Shown here: positions 19,899 to 30,232 of the stretch, piece by piece
Layout of the letters: each line of letters starts with the position of its first letter
Position numbering within the stretch: the first letter of the stretch is position 1
From: Gemmatimonadota bacterium
Lineage (GTDB): Bacteria; Gemmatimonadota; Gemmatimonadetes; Palauibacterales; Palauibacteraceae
Direction: 5' to 3'
Length of the DNA stretch: 64,000 nt
Assembly: GCA_963666735.1 (NCBI GenBank)
Contig: OY762926.1
Coordinates: forward strand, 576,001-640,000
Made by a program: the position numbers and the translations under genes
The notes under the pieces: model-generated
Databases searched by the model: none
Told to the model about the DNA's origin: nothing
Seen by the model: only the letters and a program-made list of their open reading frames with translations

Positions 19899-21176
19899 AT
19901 GATGAACAGAATGCCCAAACGCCTGCTGTGGGGCGTGCTCCCGGTGGTTGTGCTCGGCGGCGCCCTCGCGGTGGGGGGCGTCCCGGGGTCGCCGCCGGCC
20001 GAGGCGGACGCGGGCCGCATCGAGCGGCTCGGCGGCGCCCTGGCGTCCTACGTGGAGGAAGGGGAACTGGCCGGCGCCGTGGCTCTGGTCGCGCACGAGG
20101 GTGAGGTCGCCTATCTGGAGGCGGTCGGCCACCGCGATGTGGCGGCCGGCGATCCGATGGAGGCGGACGACATCTTCCGCATCGCCTCGCAGACCAAGGC
20201 CATCGTGAGCGTCGGCGTCATGATCCTGCAGGAGGAGGGTGACCTTCTCATCTCCGATCCGCTCGGCCGCTACCTGCCCGAATACATGGAGACGACGGTC
20301 GCCGTCGCCGACGGAGCCGGAGGATACGACATCATCCCGGCGAACCGGCCGATCACGGTCCGGGACCTGCTCACGCACACGGCCGGGGTCGGCTACGGGG
20401 GCGGTCCCGGGGCGGAGTTGTGGGCGGAGGCGGGCATCCAGGGTTGGTACTTCGCCCACCGCGACGAGCCGGTCCGGGAGACGGTGCGGCGCATGGCCGC
20501 GCTCCCCATGGACGCGCAGCCGGGCGAGAGTTTCGTGTACGGCTATTCCACGGACATCCTCGGCGCCCTCGTGGAGGAGGTGTCGGGCGAGCCGCTGGAC
20601 GATTTCCTCCGCTCGCGGATCTTCGAGCCGCTGGGCATGGTGGACACGCACTTCTACCTGCCCGAGGAAAAGCGCGACCGGCTCAGCGTGGTGTATTCGG
20701 CCGGCGAGGGCGGACTCGTACCGGCCCCCGATCCGGGCGGCATGGTCGGCCAGGGCGCGTACGTCGACGGCCCGCGAACCAGCTTCTCCGGCGGCGCGGG
20801 GCTCCTTTCCACGGCCCACGACTACGCCCGCTTCCTGCAGATGATGCTGAACGGCGGCGAACTCGACGGTGCCCGCATCCTGTCGAGCAAGAGCGTCGAC
20901 CTGATGACGGTCAACCACATCGGGGACCGGTTCAACTGGGGCGGCGGGGTCGGCTTCGGTCTCGGGTTCAGCGTACTGGCCGATCTAGGCGCGCGCGGAA
21001 CCCCGGGCTCGGTCGGCGAGTACGGGTGGGGCGGGGCGTACCACTCGACGTACTGGGTGGATCCCGCCGAGGATCTCGTCGTCGTCTACTTCACGCAGCT
21101 CATCCCGGCCGACGGCGTGGACGATCACGCGAAGCTGCGCACGCTGGTGTACCAGGCGCTCGACGAGATGGAATAG
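19899..21176 (+). CDS. Exported serine hydrolase (beta-lactamase/PBP-like fold)
   Basis: Signal peptide; FRIASQTK (SxxK), [27 protein letters not shown]. Confidence 0.92.
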   Translation: MMNRMPKRLLWGVLPVVVLGGALAVGGVPGSPPAEADAGRIERLGGALASYVEEGELAGAVALVAHEGEVAYLEAVGHRDVAAGDPMEADDIFRIASQTKAIVSVGVMILQEEGDLLISDPLGRYLPEYMETTVAVADGAGGYDIIPANRPITVRDLLTHTAGVGYGGGPGAELWAEAGIQGWYFAHRDEPVRETVRRMAALPMDAQPGESFVYGYSTDILGALVEEVSGEPLDDFLRSRIFEPLGMVDTHFYLPEEKRDRLSVVYSAGEGGLVPAPDPGGMVGQGAYVDGPRTSFSGGAGLLSTAHDYARFLQMMLNGGELDGARILSSKSVDLMTVNHIGDRFNWGGGVGFGLGFSVLADLGARGTPGSVGEYGWGGAYHSTYWVDPAEDLVVVYFTQLIPADGVDDHAKLRTLVYQALDEME

Positions 21177-21180
21177 CCGC

Positions 21181-21214
21181 GCGCGGCCCTCTGTTGTAGA
21201 TCTGAGGGCCGCGC
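21181..21214. other. Perfect 11-bp inverted repeat between the hydrolase gene and tRNA-Leu
   Basis: GCGCGGCCCTC-N12-GAGGGCCGCGC. Confidence 0.6.
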
Positions 21215-21220
21215 TCGCGA

Positions 21221-21304
21221 GCCGGAGTGGCGGAACTGGCAGACGCGCCGGACTCAAAATCCGGTGGGAGCAATCCCTTGAGGGTTCGAGTCCCTCCTCC
21301 GGCA
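21221..21304 (+). tRNA. tRNA-Leu(CAA)
   Basis: GCCGGAG/CTCCGGC acceptor stem, CCGGA-CTCAAAA-TCCGG anticodon arm, long variable arm, GGTTCGAGTCC. Confidence 0.97.
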
Positions 21305-21444
21305 TGACCCTTCGGTCCGCTACGCCGAGCCCGCCGCCCTCAAACGCCGGACGACGCGCGGGTGTCTTTCGTAGCGTCGGGCGTGACTCTCACTTTCGAC
21401 CGTGTTGCCGCGCCGAGCGCCACTACCGCCAGGAGCCCCGAACC

Positions 21445-24400
21445 ATGCTGAAGCGCGTCGCAGTACCTCTCATCCTCACCTCCCTCCTCCTCCCGGCCCG
21501 GACGGCCGCGCAGGAGGCGGTGGCCGATGAAGACTTCATGGCCGAGATGGCATGGCGTTCCATCGGTCCGGCGAACATGGCCGGACGGGTCACGGACATC
21601 GAAGGGATCCCCGGCACGGGGACCTTCTTCATCGCCGGCGCTACGAGCGGGATCTGGAAGACGACGAACAACGGCACCACCTACCGGCCCGTGTTCGACA
21701 ACGAGCGCGTCGTCTCGATGGGCGACCTCGCGATCGCGCCGAGCAACCCCGACATCGTGTGGGCGGGAACCGGCGAGGAGGACTCGCGCAACTCGATCTC
21801 GCCGGGAGGCGGCATCTACAAGTCCGTCGACGGCGGGCTCACCTGGGAGTTGAAGGGGCTCGAGGCGACGCAGGCGATCGGCCGCATCGTTGTCCACCCG
21901 ACGAAGGCGGACTGGGTGTACGTCGCCGCGCTCGGGCACCCGTGGGGCGCCAACGAGGAGCGCGGCCTGTACCGCACGAAGGACGGCGGCGATACCTGGG
22001 AGCGCGTGAACTTCGTGTCGGAGGACGCCGGGTTCGTCGACATCGACATGCACCCGCGGAACCCGGACATCCTCTGGGCCACGAGTTGGGAGCGCGTGCG
22101 CGGCCCGTACTTCCTGCAGAGCGGCGGCCCCGGCAGCGCGATCTGGAAGTCGACCGACGCGGGCGACACGTGGGAGAAGGTGGAGGGCAACGGCCTCCCG
22201 GAGACCATGCTGGGACGACTCGAGATCGCCATCGCCCCGAGCTATCCCCAGGTCATGTACGCGATGGTCGAGGCGGAGGCTCCGGAGGAGGCCGATGAGG
22301 ATGGCAACCGCCACGCCTCGGGACTCTACCGCTCCGCGGACGGCGGCGAGACGTGGGAGTTCATGAACTCGAACAACTCACGGCCCTTCTACTATTCCGG
22401 CGTCTGGGTGTCGCCGGACGATCCCGACTTCATCTACTGGTCTTCCCTCTTCTTCTCGCGGGACGGGGGCCGCACGGTGGGGAACCCGGCCCAGGGCGTG
22501 CACGTGGACTATCACGCGCTGTGGTGGGATCCGACCGATCCGGATCATTTCATACTGGGCAACGACGGCGGCATAGCGATCACGTGGGACCGGGGCGGCA
22601 ACTTCGAATTCCCGAACCGGATCCCGATGGGGCAATTTTATGCGGTCAGCTACAACATGGACACGCCCTATCGCGTCTGCGGCGGACTGCAGGACAACTA
22701 TACGTGGTGCGGCCCCAGCAGCCGCGCCGGCGGGTCCATCGACAATCACATGTGGTATTCGATCGGGGGCGGCGACGGCTTCTACGCGCCACAGGACCCG
22801 ACGAACCCGGACATCGTGTTCGGGGAATCGCAGCAGGGGCGGATCTACTGGCGGAACACGCGCACGGGCGAGCGGCACCAGCTGCAGCAGCCCGACTGGC
22901 GCGAGCGCACGCAGACGCTGCGCGACTCGATCGCGATCCTGACGGGGGACGACCCGGACAATCCTCCTCCGGCGAACGTGGCGCAGATCGAGGAGTTGCA
23001 GGCTCTGGTCGCGCAGGACTCGGCGCTGTACGACATGCGGTTCAACTGGAACACGCCGCTGGAAATGTCGCCGCACGATCCGCAGACGCTCTACATCGGA
23101 GCGAACCGGGTCCTGAAGTGGACGTACGACACGGATGAGATGACGCCGATCTCCGACGACCTCACCTACGCGGATCCGGAGAAGATCGAGATCGCCTACA
23201 ACACGACGGGCGGCATCACCCCGGACGTCACGGGGGCGGAGAACTTCGCCACGATCGTCTCGCTCGCCGAGTCGAAGATCAACGAGGGCGAACTCTATGC
23301 GGGGACGGACGATGGCCGCGTCTGGCGGACGCCGGAGGGGGCGGAGTGGATCGAACTCACCGATCGCTTCGAGGGCGTGCCGGAGGGCACGTACGTGAGC
23401 CGGATCGAGCCGTCGAGCCACGACCCGAACCGCTTCTACGTGACCTTCGACAACCACCGGCGCGACGACTACACGCCGTACGTCTACGCCACGGATGACG
23501 CCGGGGAGAGCTTCCGCTCGATCTCGGCGAACCTCCCCACCGGGGCGCCGGACTTCGTGCACGTGGTCCGGGAAGACCCGGTGAACCCGGATCTCCTCTT
23601 CGTGGGGACGGACGTGGGGGCCTATGTCTCCACGGACCGGGGCGGGTCGTGGTCGCGCTTCATGAACGGGCTGCCCACGGTGCCGGTCCACGACCTGAAG
23701 ATCCATCCGCGCGAGAGCGAGATCATCGCGGGCACGCACGGCCGCTCGATTTTCGTGGCGGACATCTCGCTCCTGCAGCAGCTCGAGGGCGGTCGGATGC
23801 CCGAGGCGGTCACGGTGTTCCAGCCGAAGACGGCGATCCAGTACGGAGATTCGCCGGTCGGCGGCGAATTCGTCGCGCAGAGCAACTTCCAGGCGGACGC
23901 GGGCGACTACGGGGCGCAGATCTCCTACTACGTCCCGGAGGATGTTGCGGAAGGGCTGGCCGAGGCGGCCGAGGCGGCCGCGGCAGAAGCAGAAGCGGGG
24001 GCAGAAGCGGAGGCTGAAGAGGCCGAGGAAGGAGCCGAAGAAGAAGCCGAAGAAGAAGCCGAAGAAGAGGAAGCCGCGGAGGCGCCTCGCGGGCCGCGGG
24101 GTGGAAGCGCGCGCCCGCAGGCCTCGATCGCGATCCTCAATGCCGCGGGGGATACCGTGCAGACGATGAACGGCCCGGCCACCGCCGGCCTACAGCGGGT
24201 GCGGTGGACGTTCAACCGGCGATCGGCGCCTCGGGATCCGTCTCCCGCGGACCGGCTGGACAGCCTTCGCACCGCGCGCATGTACGAGGCGGTCGGGGAT
24301 TCGCTGGTCGAGCATGGGGGGGTCGCGCGGGAGACGATGGACCAGGTGCTCTCGATGATGCAGGGCGGCAACCAGGGCGCGATCATCCGCATGTTCGGCG

Positions 24401-24792
24401 GCGGAGGAGGTGGAGGAGGCGGTGCCGGTGACGACTGGCAGGAGCGGCCGGCCGAGCGCTATCCGCCGCCTGGACAGGCGGGGCGGGGCGGAGGCCGGGG
24501 AGGGGGCCGCACCGCGGCAATGGCTGCCGCCGCGGCGGCCGCGAGCGGCGCCGACCCCGCGGCCATGCGCACCGTCTTCCAGCAGGTGGCCGAAGCCGTG
24601 CGCGAGCGCGGCGGCATGTCGACCTTCCGCCGCTTCTTCGGCGGGGGCGGCGGCGGGGGCGGCCTGGCCGATCCCGGCACCTACACCGTGGCGATCACGA
24701 TCGGCGACGAAACCCATACGATCCCGCTGGACGTGGTACGGAAGGAAGGTTTCGGGTTCTGGGACGAGCCCGACGGAGAGGACGACCGTTAG
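21445..24792 (+). CDS. Secreted VPS10/sortilin-like BNR (Asp-box) beta-propeller protein
   Basis: Signal peptide; WRSIGPANMAGRV; repeated S/TxDGGxTW Asp-boxes; HVDYHALW, GGLQDN, GTHGRS. Confidence 0.9.
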   Translation: MLKRVAVPLILTSLLLPARTAAQEAVADEDFMAEMAWRSIGPANMAGRVTDIEGIPGTGTFFIAGATSGIWKTTNNGTTYRPVFDNERVVSMGDLAIAPSNPDIVWAGTGEEDSRNSISPGGGIYKSVDGGLTWELKGLEATQAIGRIVVHPTKADWVYVAALGHPWGANEERGLYRTKDGGDTWERVNFVSEDAGFVDIDMHPRNPDILWATSWERVRGPYFLQSGGPGSAIWKSTDAGDTWEKVEGNGLPETMLGRLEIAIAPSYPQVMYAMVEAEAPEEADEDGNRHASGLYRSADGGETWEFMNSNNSRPFYYSGVWVSPDDPDFIYWSSLFFSRDGGRTVGNPAQGVHVDYHALWWDPTDPDHFILGNDGGIAITWDRGGNFEFPNRIPMGQFYAVSYNMDTPYRVCGGLQDNYTWCGPSSRAGGSIDNHMWYSIGGGDGFYAPQDPTNPDIVFGESQQGRIYWRNTRTGERHQLQQPDWRERTQTLRDSIAILTGDDPDNPPPANVAQIEELQALVAQDSALYDMRFNWNTPLEMSPHDPQTLYIGANRVLKWTYDTDEMTPISDDLTYADPEKIEIAYNTTGGITPDVTGAENFATIVSLAESKINEGELYAGTDDGRVWRTPEGAEWIELTDRFEGVPEGTYVSRIEPSSHDPNRFYVTFDNHRRDDYTPYVYATDDAGESFRSISANLPTGAPDFVHVVREDPVNPDLLFVGTDVGAYVSTDRGGSWSRFMNGLPTVPVHDLKIHPRESEIIAGTHGRSIFVADISLLQQLEGGRMPEAVTVFQPKTAIQYGDSPVGGEFVAQSNFQADAGDYGAQISYYVPEDVAEGLAEAAEAAAAEAEAGAEAEAEEAEEGAEEEAEEEAEEEEAAEAPRGPRGGSARPQASIAILNAAGDTVQTMNGPATAGLQRVRWTFNRRSAPRDPSPADRLDSLRTARMYEAVGDSLVEHGGVARETMDQVLSMMQGGNQGAIIRMFGGGGGGGGGAGDDWQERPAERYPPPGQAGRGGGRGGGRTAAMAAAAAAASGADPAAMRTVFQQVAEAVRERGGMSTFRRFFGGGGGGGGLADPGTYTVAITIGDETHTIPLDVVRKEGFGFWDEPDGEDDR

Positions 24793-24914
24793 GTTAGGGG
24801 GCCGTGGCTCCGGTGGCCCGCCGGAGCGGCAAACGTTCGCCGCTCCGGCGGTGTCGCACGACGCGGTAGTTTTCAGCGGCGGACCCGCGGACCTCCGGAG
24901 ACCGGGACGGGCGG

Positions 24915-26420
24915 ATGATGACGAACAGAGAGGGGAACGGCGCGTCGATCCTGGAGAAGATCCGGAAGCGGCGGATGGTGCAGATCGCGCTCGTATATGT
25001 GGGTGCGGCCTGGCTCGGCGTGGAGATCACCGACTTCATCGTCGGAACCTACGCGTTCTCGAGGAAGATCCTCGACACGGTTGTCTTCCTCGCGATCCTG
25101 GGTTTTCCCGCGTTTCTCGTCATCGGCTGGTTTCATGGCGAACGGGGACCGCAGCGCATCCGCCGGGCGGAAGCCTGGCTCCTGGTCACTCTGGTCACGT
25201 TGGGCGCGATCGGCACCTACCGGATCGCGACCGCCGAACCGGACGCCGGGGGCGTCGCCGAGATGGCAACGCCAGCCACCGTCGCGGATGGTGTGGACGA
25301 TCGCGGAGACGGGCTGGAGTTCGCGGGTTCGACGCCCGACCTGGGGCAAAACTCGCTCGCGGTCCTGCCCTTCCGGAACAACGTGCCCGATCCGGAACTC
25401 GAATGGCTCGGCTCCGGGCTCGCGGACCTGCTCACGACGAACCTGGCGCAACTCCCCGATCTGCTCGTGGTCGGCCGGCAGAGCCTCTACGACCTCATCA
25501 CGGAAGGCGGGCTCTCCGAGGAAGACGAAATACCGGAGTCGCTGGCGCTGACCGTCGCGCGCGGGGCCGGCGCCAGGCTGCTGCTGTGGGGAAGCGTGAC
25601 GGGAACCGCCGGCGACATGCGCATCGACGCGCAGCTGATCGAACTCGAAAACGGCACGGTGGCCTCGGCCGACTTCGCCCGGGGCAGCGACGTGTTCGAA
25701 CTCGTGGATACGCTGACGGTGCGTCTCGCTTCCCACCTCTCGGGTCTCTCGGGTGCGCCGCTGCCGGCCGAGGTCGCGCGCATCAGCCACCTGGGGACGC
25801 GGGACCTGGAGGCGTGGGCCGCGTTCCACCGCGGCAACGCCCTCGCGAGGGCCGGCGACCTGGAGGAGGCCGAAGCCCACTACGAGCGGGCGGCCGAGAT
25901 CGACACCGCCTTCGCGCTCCCGCTGCTGGCCTCGCGCGAGGAGGCCGAGTCGTGGCGGCAGTTCGGTCCGGAGTGGCGGGCGGACTGGTTCGATTTCAGG
26001 CTGGACGATGTGGATCCCGCGACGGTGGATCCGGTCGATCTCGGGCGCGCATTCGCCGTCGGCCTCGTGGAGGCCGAGGATTTGAACATCATCGTACAAA
26101 CAGGGGAGTTCGACGAGGACGATCTCGCCGACCTGGAACGGGGCCGTTCGGAGGCCGAACGCCGGCGCGCCGACCGGCGGGAACGGCACGCGGTCCAACT
26201 CTTTCGCCGATTGCCGGAGCATCTGAAGAGGCAGCTCGAAGGACTGAACGGGGAGGAGTTGCGCGTCACCCTCGACTCCCTCACGGGCCGCGCGAGATCC
26301 GCCGTCCGCCTCCTGTTCGAAGAACCGTCGCGCGGCGCGGCCCCGGCCGGCCTGCCGCCGGACTCACTGCGGCACGCGCCGGATTCATTGCGCCGCCCGG
26401 AGCCGGAAAGACGCCGGTAG
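24915..26420 (+). CDS. Membrane protein with TolB-N/FlgO-like domain and a TPR
   Basis: Three N-terminal TM helices (RRRMVQIALVY..), SLAVLPFRN..GLADLLTTNLA, AEAHYERAAEIDTAFA. Confidence 0.75.
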   Translation: MMTNREGNGASILEKIRKRRMVQIALVYVGAAWLGVEITDFIVGTYAFSRKILDTVVFLAILGFPAFLVIGWFHGERGPQRIRRAEAWLLVTLVTLGAIGTYRIATAEPDAGGVAEMATPATVADGVDDRGDGLEFAGSTPDLGQNSLAVLPFRNNVPDPELEWLGSGLADLLTTNLAQLPDLLVVGRQSLYDLITEGGLSEEDEIPESLALTVARGAGARLLLWGSVTGTAGDMRIDAQLIELENGTVASADFARGSDVFELVDTLTVRLASHLSGLSGAPLPAEVARISHLGTRDLEAWAAFHRGNALARAGDLEEAEAHYERAAEIDTAFALPLLASREEAESWRQFGPEWRADWFDFRLDDVDPATVDPVDLGRAFAVGLVEAEDLNIIVQTGEFDEDDLADLERGRSEAERRRADRRERHAVQLFRRLPEHLKRQLEGLNGEELRVTLDSLTGRARSAVRLLFEEPSRGAAPAGLPPDSLRHAPDSLRRPEPERRR

Positions 26421-26472
26421 CGGCGGAACGCACGGTGGGAGAGCGCGGAGCGCGTACGCCGGCTCGTCGGGA

Positions 26473-28326
26473 TTAGGTCATGGCCGACCGTCGGTGCTGG
26501 GGCATCGAGGCGACGACGACCTCGCGGCGGGCGGCGTCCCAGAAGTAGTAGATGCGCAGGCAGCGCCGGGGGTCGCGCGTGTTCCCACCGTTCTTGAGGT
26601 GCCAGTCCACCCGGTGCCGTTCGCCGCGCCAGTCGAAGTCGAAGCTGTCGCCCCCGCAGCGCTGGTTGCGGATGCCGTCCGCGAGTCCCGGGATCATGCC
26701 GTAAAGATGGCCCTCTCCGCCTCCCAGGCGCGCCTCGCGGTATTCGTTGCCGAGCCAGTGAAGACAGACCGCCGCCAGCCCCACATCTTCGAACAGGGCC
26801 CTGTTCAGACTGCGCCGCACCGCATCGGCGAGCACGACGCGGCCCTCCAGGGCCGAGGCGCACCAAGTAACGACGTCGTCCCAGCCCACCGGGAACGGCG
26901 CCTTCGGATTTCCGCCGGCGAGCCGCACCAGACCCTCCAGCCGGCGCGCCTCCCGCTCCGCGCTCTCGCGCTCCACTCGCGCGGTCGCCTCCATCTCTCT
27001 GGCCCGGTCGCGTTCGCGCGCCAGCGTCTCGCCTCTCTTCCGCGCCGCCTTCAGGTCGCGCCGTAGGCCGGAGAGTTCGTCACGGAGCGCCGCGCCTTCG
27101 GTCTTCGCGGTCTCTGTTTCCGCGGGCGCCCGCACTTCCGGCCCGGTTCCGGCGGACGACATTCCCGCGCCCGAGCCGGGCGCGCGCGTCGTCGCCGGTC
27201 CGTACGAGCGTCGCCGTCCAATCCACCGCCGCGGCGGCCCGGCCAGCCGGGCCGCGCCGGCCGACACGGTGGCCGGGAGACGCCGCCACGGCCTGGCGAG
27301 GCGGAGCGCGGCCTCGGCCAACCGCGCTTCGGGAGGAAGAACCGTATCGAAGCGGATGCCTTCCGCCGCGGCGGTTCGCACATGGTGGTCGCCGGCGATC
27401 CGGAGGATCTCCTGCGTGGTCCGCTCGAGGCCGGCATCCGTTTCCACGCGCTCGCGCAGGTACACGGGATGGTCGAAGCGCCGGGCGGTGCGGCTGAAGC
27501 CGGGCAGGTACACCCGCCAGGCGCCGTCGTACACCGAGAGCGTCTTCGTGACGGTATCGCTCAGCGTGTACGTGAACCGTTGCGGAAGCACGGTCACGGT
27601 GGCCAGTCCGGTCAGCGCGCGAGCCACCCGTGCCGACCGTTCCAGCAGTGCGTGCGCATCGCCCCCGTACGTGGGTTCCGTGATGACGACGACCGGAAGC
27701 GGACGCGCCGGATCGACGAGCGCCGCGATGAACTCCTGCATCGCCTGTGGCGTCCACACCGCCGCAGCGTCGAGAACCAGCGCTTCCCCGCCCAGAACGA
27801 GGGGAGCGGCCCCGGCGATATGGCGCAACACGTCCGGAGGAAGGGTCTCCGGCGCCTGGCCGGACGACGCCGGCCAGTCCGGGACGCGGGCCCCGACCGT
27901 CGGTTCCGCCCCGTCGCCGGGCGCCGCGACGACGAGTTCCGTCACCGAGGCGCGGTCGGTCCCCGCGCCCAACTCCACGCGCGCCGCCCAGAAGTCCCCG
28001 CGGCCGCTACGCTCGCGGACCCCCCGGCAACGCGACTCTCCATCGTCGTACTGGAACGACCGGTGCCGCGCCGCCCTTCGCGGCAACTCGCCGCCGAGGC
28101 GGTGCCCGACCCAGCCCATGGCCGCCGTGCGGCATTCGCGGAGAGCGGGGCGCCCGTCCGCGCCATCGGCGATTTGCGCCGTCACGTGCAGGGCCCGACC
28201 CTTGGCGGCGAGTTCCCACGCCCCCAGTTGCTCAAGGGAGGTGAACGTCGATCCCGTCACAGTAGCAAAACCTTCACAAGTGTCTTCGGCAACAGGGGCG
28301 CCGCGCCGTTTGCGCGACGGCAGCAC
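26473..28326 (-). CDS. Hypothetical protein with coiled coil and RelE/BECR-like C-terminus; start uncertain
   Basis: Long ORF: DPARPLPVVVIT..LSVYDGAWRVYLPGF..HP, a coiled coil, then WHLKNGGNTRDPRRCLRIYYFWD..VVVASMPQH. Confidence 0.7.
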   Translation of the reverse strand: MLPSRKRRGAPVAEDTCEGFATVTGSTFTSLEQLGAWELAAKGRALHVTAQIADGADGRPALRECRTAAMGWVGHRLGGELPRRAARHRSFQYDDGESRCRGVRERSGRGDFWAARVELGAGTDRASVTELVVAAPGDGAEPTVGARVPDWPASSGQAPETLPPDVLRHIAGAAPLVLGGEALVLDAAAVWTPQAMQEFIAALVDPARPLPVVVITEPTYGGDAHALLERSARVARALTGLATVTVLPQRFTYTLSDTVTKTLSVYDGAWRVYLPGFSRTARRFDHPVYLRERVETDAGLERTTQEILRIAGDHHVRTAAAEGIRFDTVLPPEARLAEAALRLARPWRRLPATVSAGAARLAGPPRRWIGRRRSYGPATTRAPGSGAGMSSAGTGPEVRAPAETETAKTEGAALRDELSGLRRDLKAARKRGETLARERDRAREMEATARVERESAEREARRLEGLVRLAGGNPKAPFPVGWDDVVTWCASALEGRVVLADAVRRSLNRALFEDVGLAAVCLHWLGNEYREARLGGGEGHLYGMIPGLADGIRNQRCGGDSFDFDWRGERHRVDWHLKNGGNTRDPRRCLRIYYFWDAARREVVVASMPQHRRSAMT

Positions 28327-28489
28327 GCAATAAAACCGACAATATCAATCGTGGCCGGCCTCGCCCGCGCCGCTAACGCCAACGGCTGGCGGGGGAGGCA
28401 CCCACGCAGGGGAATATTACTGCGGCGGCGGCGATGGCGGCAGGTGGACGCTGAGCGGTCCACCGAACGAGGCTGGGCCGCCGGACTTC

Positions 28490-30232
28490 CTACACGTCGT
28501 TGACGAGTCTGTACTCGATGAGCGCGGACTGGCCGACGATGCTCACGATCCGGATGAGCCGCTCGGCGCCGTCGGGGTCGGTGACTCGCAGTTGCTCCCC
28601 CGGTAGGAAGGCGACGGGCTCACGCCGTCCCTCGTTGATGGCGAGGTTGGTTGCGTAAAGGTAGGTGCGGTCGAGCTTGTCCCGGATCGGGTTGAGCCTG
28701 CCCTTCAGGCCGGGGATCTTGCCCGTGCGTTCGGGAAAGATCACCGACCCACCGTCCGGCAGCACCGAGAGTTCGATATCCAGTGGATCGTCGCCGGGAA
28801 TCCATGCGGTCTCGACATGCGCGGCGTATCCCGCGGCGGCGGCGAAGACCGTCATCGGAAGCTCGGTGGTGTGAAGATCGACGGCGGTCTCGCCGCTTTC
28901 GCCGGTGGTTCCCGTCTTCCAGGTCTCGTTGGGGAACAGGACGAGCAGGTCGATGCCGGGCAACGGCGTACCGGCCTCGCTCGCGCGGATCACGGCGGTC
29001 GCCGGCGTCGGCGCGGTGGGCGCGGCGGGAATCGTGAGGAACAGGTCCGCGTCGTCGACGAGCCGGTACCGGGGCTCCTTGCCGCTCAGGCCGCGCGTCT
29101 CGCGCAGAATCGTCGGAACCCCGTCTCCTCTCCGTTCCATGAAGAACTGTCGCCCGCCCGAACAGAGGATCTTTCCCACCGGCATGCGGCCCAGCATGGA
29201 GGCGAGCGTCTGGTTACGGGTCGCCTGCCGGGTAGCCATGCTCTCGACGGTGAGGTTGTTCGGAAGGGCGCCGGGGGAGTTGATCTCGATTCGGTCGGAG
29301 AACATCGAGAGCCGAATGCGGCTGCCGCGAATCGAGTAGTCCCGGTGCGCAACGGCGTTGACGATGGCTTCGAACAAGGCCTTCTCGCTGTACTGCGGCA
29401 GATCGACGCGCGCGGGCTGTTTGTGCGCGCCGACTCGCATATTGCGGACGGCGAAGTTGACGGCTTCCGCGATCTGGCGCTGCAGCGGCCCGGTAATCGT
29501 CTGGGCGTCCAGCTGGCCGGAGCCCCTGTCCACACCCCGGTACTGCGTCGCGCTGATGCAGGCGTTCGGCAGCCATGCCTCCGGGGCCGCGGCGCACAAC
29601 AGCACTCCGGCCACCGTGGCGCGGCGGATCCCGCTTTCGTCGCGAGTCATAACTCCCATTTTTTCGAGCGCCAGCTTTGGGTCGGCGGCGCCCTCGGCAC
29701 TGAGCAGCGGTCCCCAGAGTTCCTCGTCGAGCGTGCCGAAGCCGGTGCCCGGAACAGGCTGTTCGTCGAACCACAGGAAACGCGCCTGCGACCGGCGCTG
29801 GGCGAGACGCAATCCCTCGTCGCTTGTCATCCTGCGCTTGGAACTGCCGATGCGGCGGAACGCCCCCCCCGGACTTTCATGCAGCGCGTAACCGGGCGGG
29901 ACCTCCACAAGAAGAAGCGCCCTGCCGTCGACCTCCGCACGGAACGTCGTGACCTCGATGGACGGCCTTACCGTGTCGGTACAGAGGTTGACGACGAATT
30001 CCTCAAGCGCATCCATCTCGCCGCGCGTCATTCCTTGAATCTGGCCGGAGTCGGTGACGCCGCAGAACATCACGCCGCCCCGCGCGTTGGCGAACGCCGC
30101 CAGTTCGTCGGCGATGCTCCTTCTCTCCGGGCGCACCGGACGGTTGCCGCGGAACTCGAACTCCTTGAATTCCGTGCGGCTGTCTTCGCCCAGGCGGAGC
30201 CGTTGCCGGATCTCGTTTTCGTCGAATGTCAT
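28490..30232 (-). CDS. AlbA_2/Schlafen-domain protein with HATPase_c_4 domain and an extra C-terminal beta domain
   Basis: GEDSRTEFKE..AAFANARGG..GVTD; EAIVNAVAHRDYS, IEINSPG, RNQTLA, MERRGDGV. Start reassigned to ATG 30232. Confidence 0.88.
   Translation of the reverse strand: MTFDENEIRQRLRLGEDSRTEFKEFEFRGNRPVRPERRSIADELAAFANARGGVMFCGVTDSGQIQGMTRGEMDALEEFVVNLCTDTVRPSIEVTTFRAEVDGRALLLVEVPPGYALHESPGGAFRRIGSSKRRMTSDEGLRLAQRRSQARFLWFDEQPVPGTGFGTLDEELWGPLLSAEGAADPKLALEKMGVMTRDESGIRRATVAGVLLCAAAPEAWLPNACISATQYRGVDRGSGQLDAQTITGPLQRQIAEAVNFAVRNMRVGAHKQPARVDLPQYSEKALFEAIVNAVAHRDYSIRGSRIRLSMFSDRIEINSPGALPNNLTVESMATRQATRNQTLASMLGRMPVGKILCSGGRQFFMERRGDGVPTILRETRGLSGKEPRYRLVDDADLFLTIPAAPTAPTPATAVIRASEAGTPLPGIDLLVLFPNETWKTGTTGESGETAVDLHTTELPMTVFAAAAGYAAHVETAWIPGDDPLDIELSVLPDGGSVIFPERTGKIPGLKGRLNPIRDKLDRTYLYATNLAINEGRREPVAFLPGEQLRVTDPDGAERLIRIVSIVGQSALIEYRLVNDV

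Noticed and set aside
19899..21176. Beta-lactam resistance gene
   Set aside because: It has the SxxK fold but YxS and GWGG motifs typical of general esterase/peptidase-like serine hydrolases; there is no support for true beta-lactamase activity.
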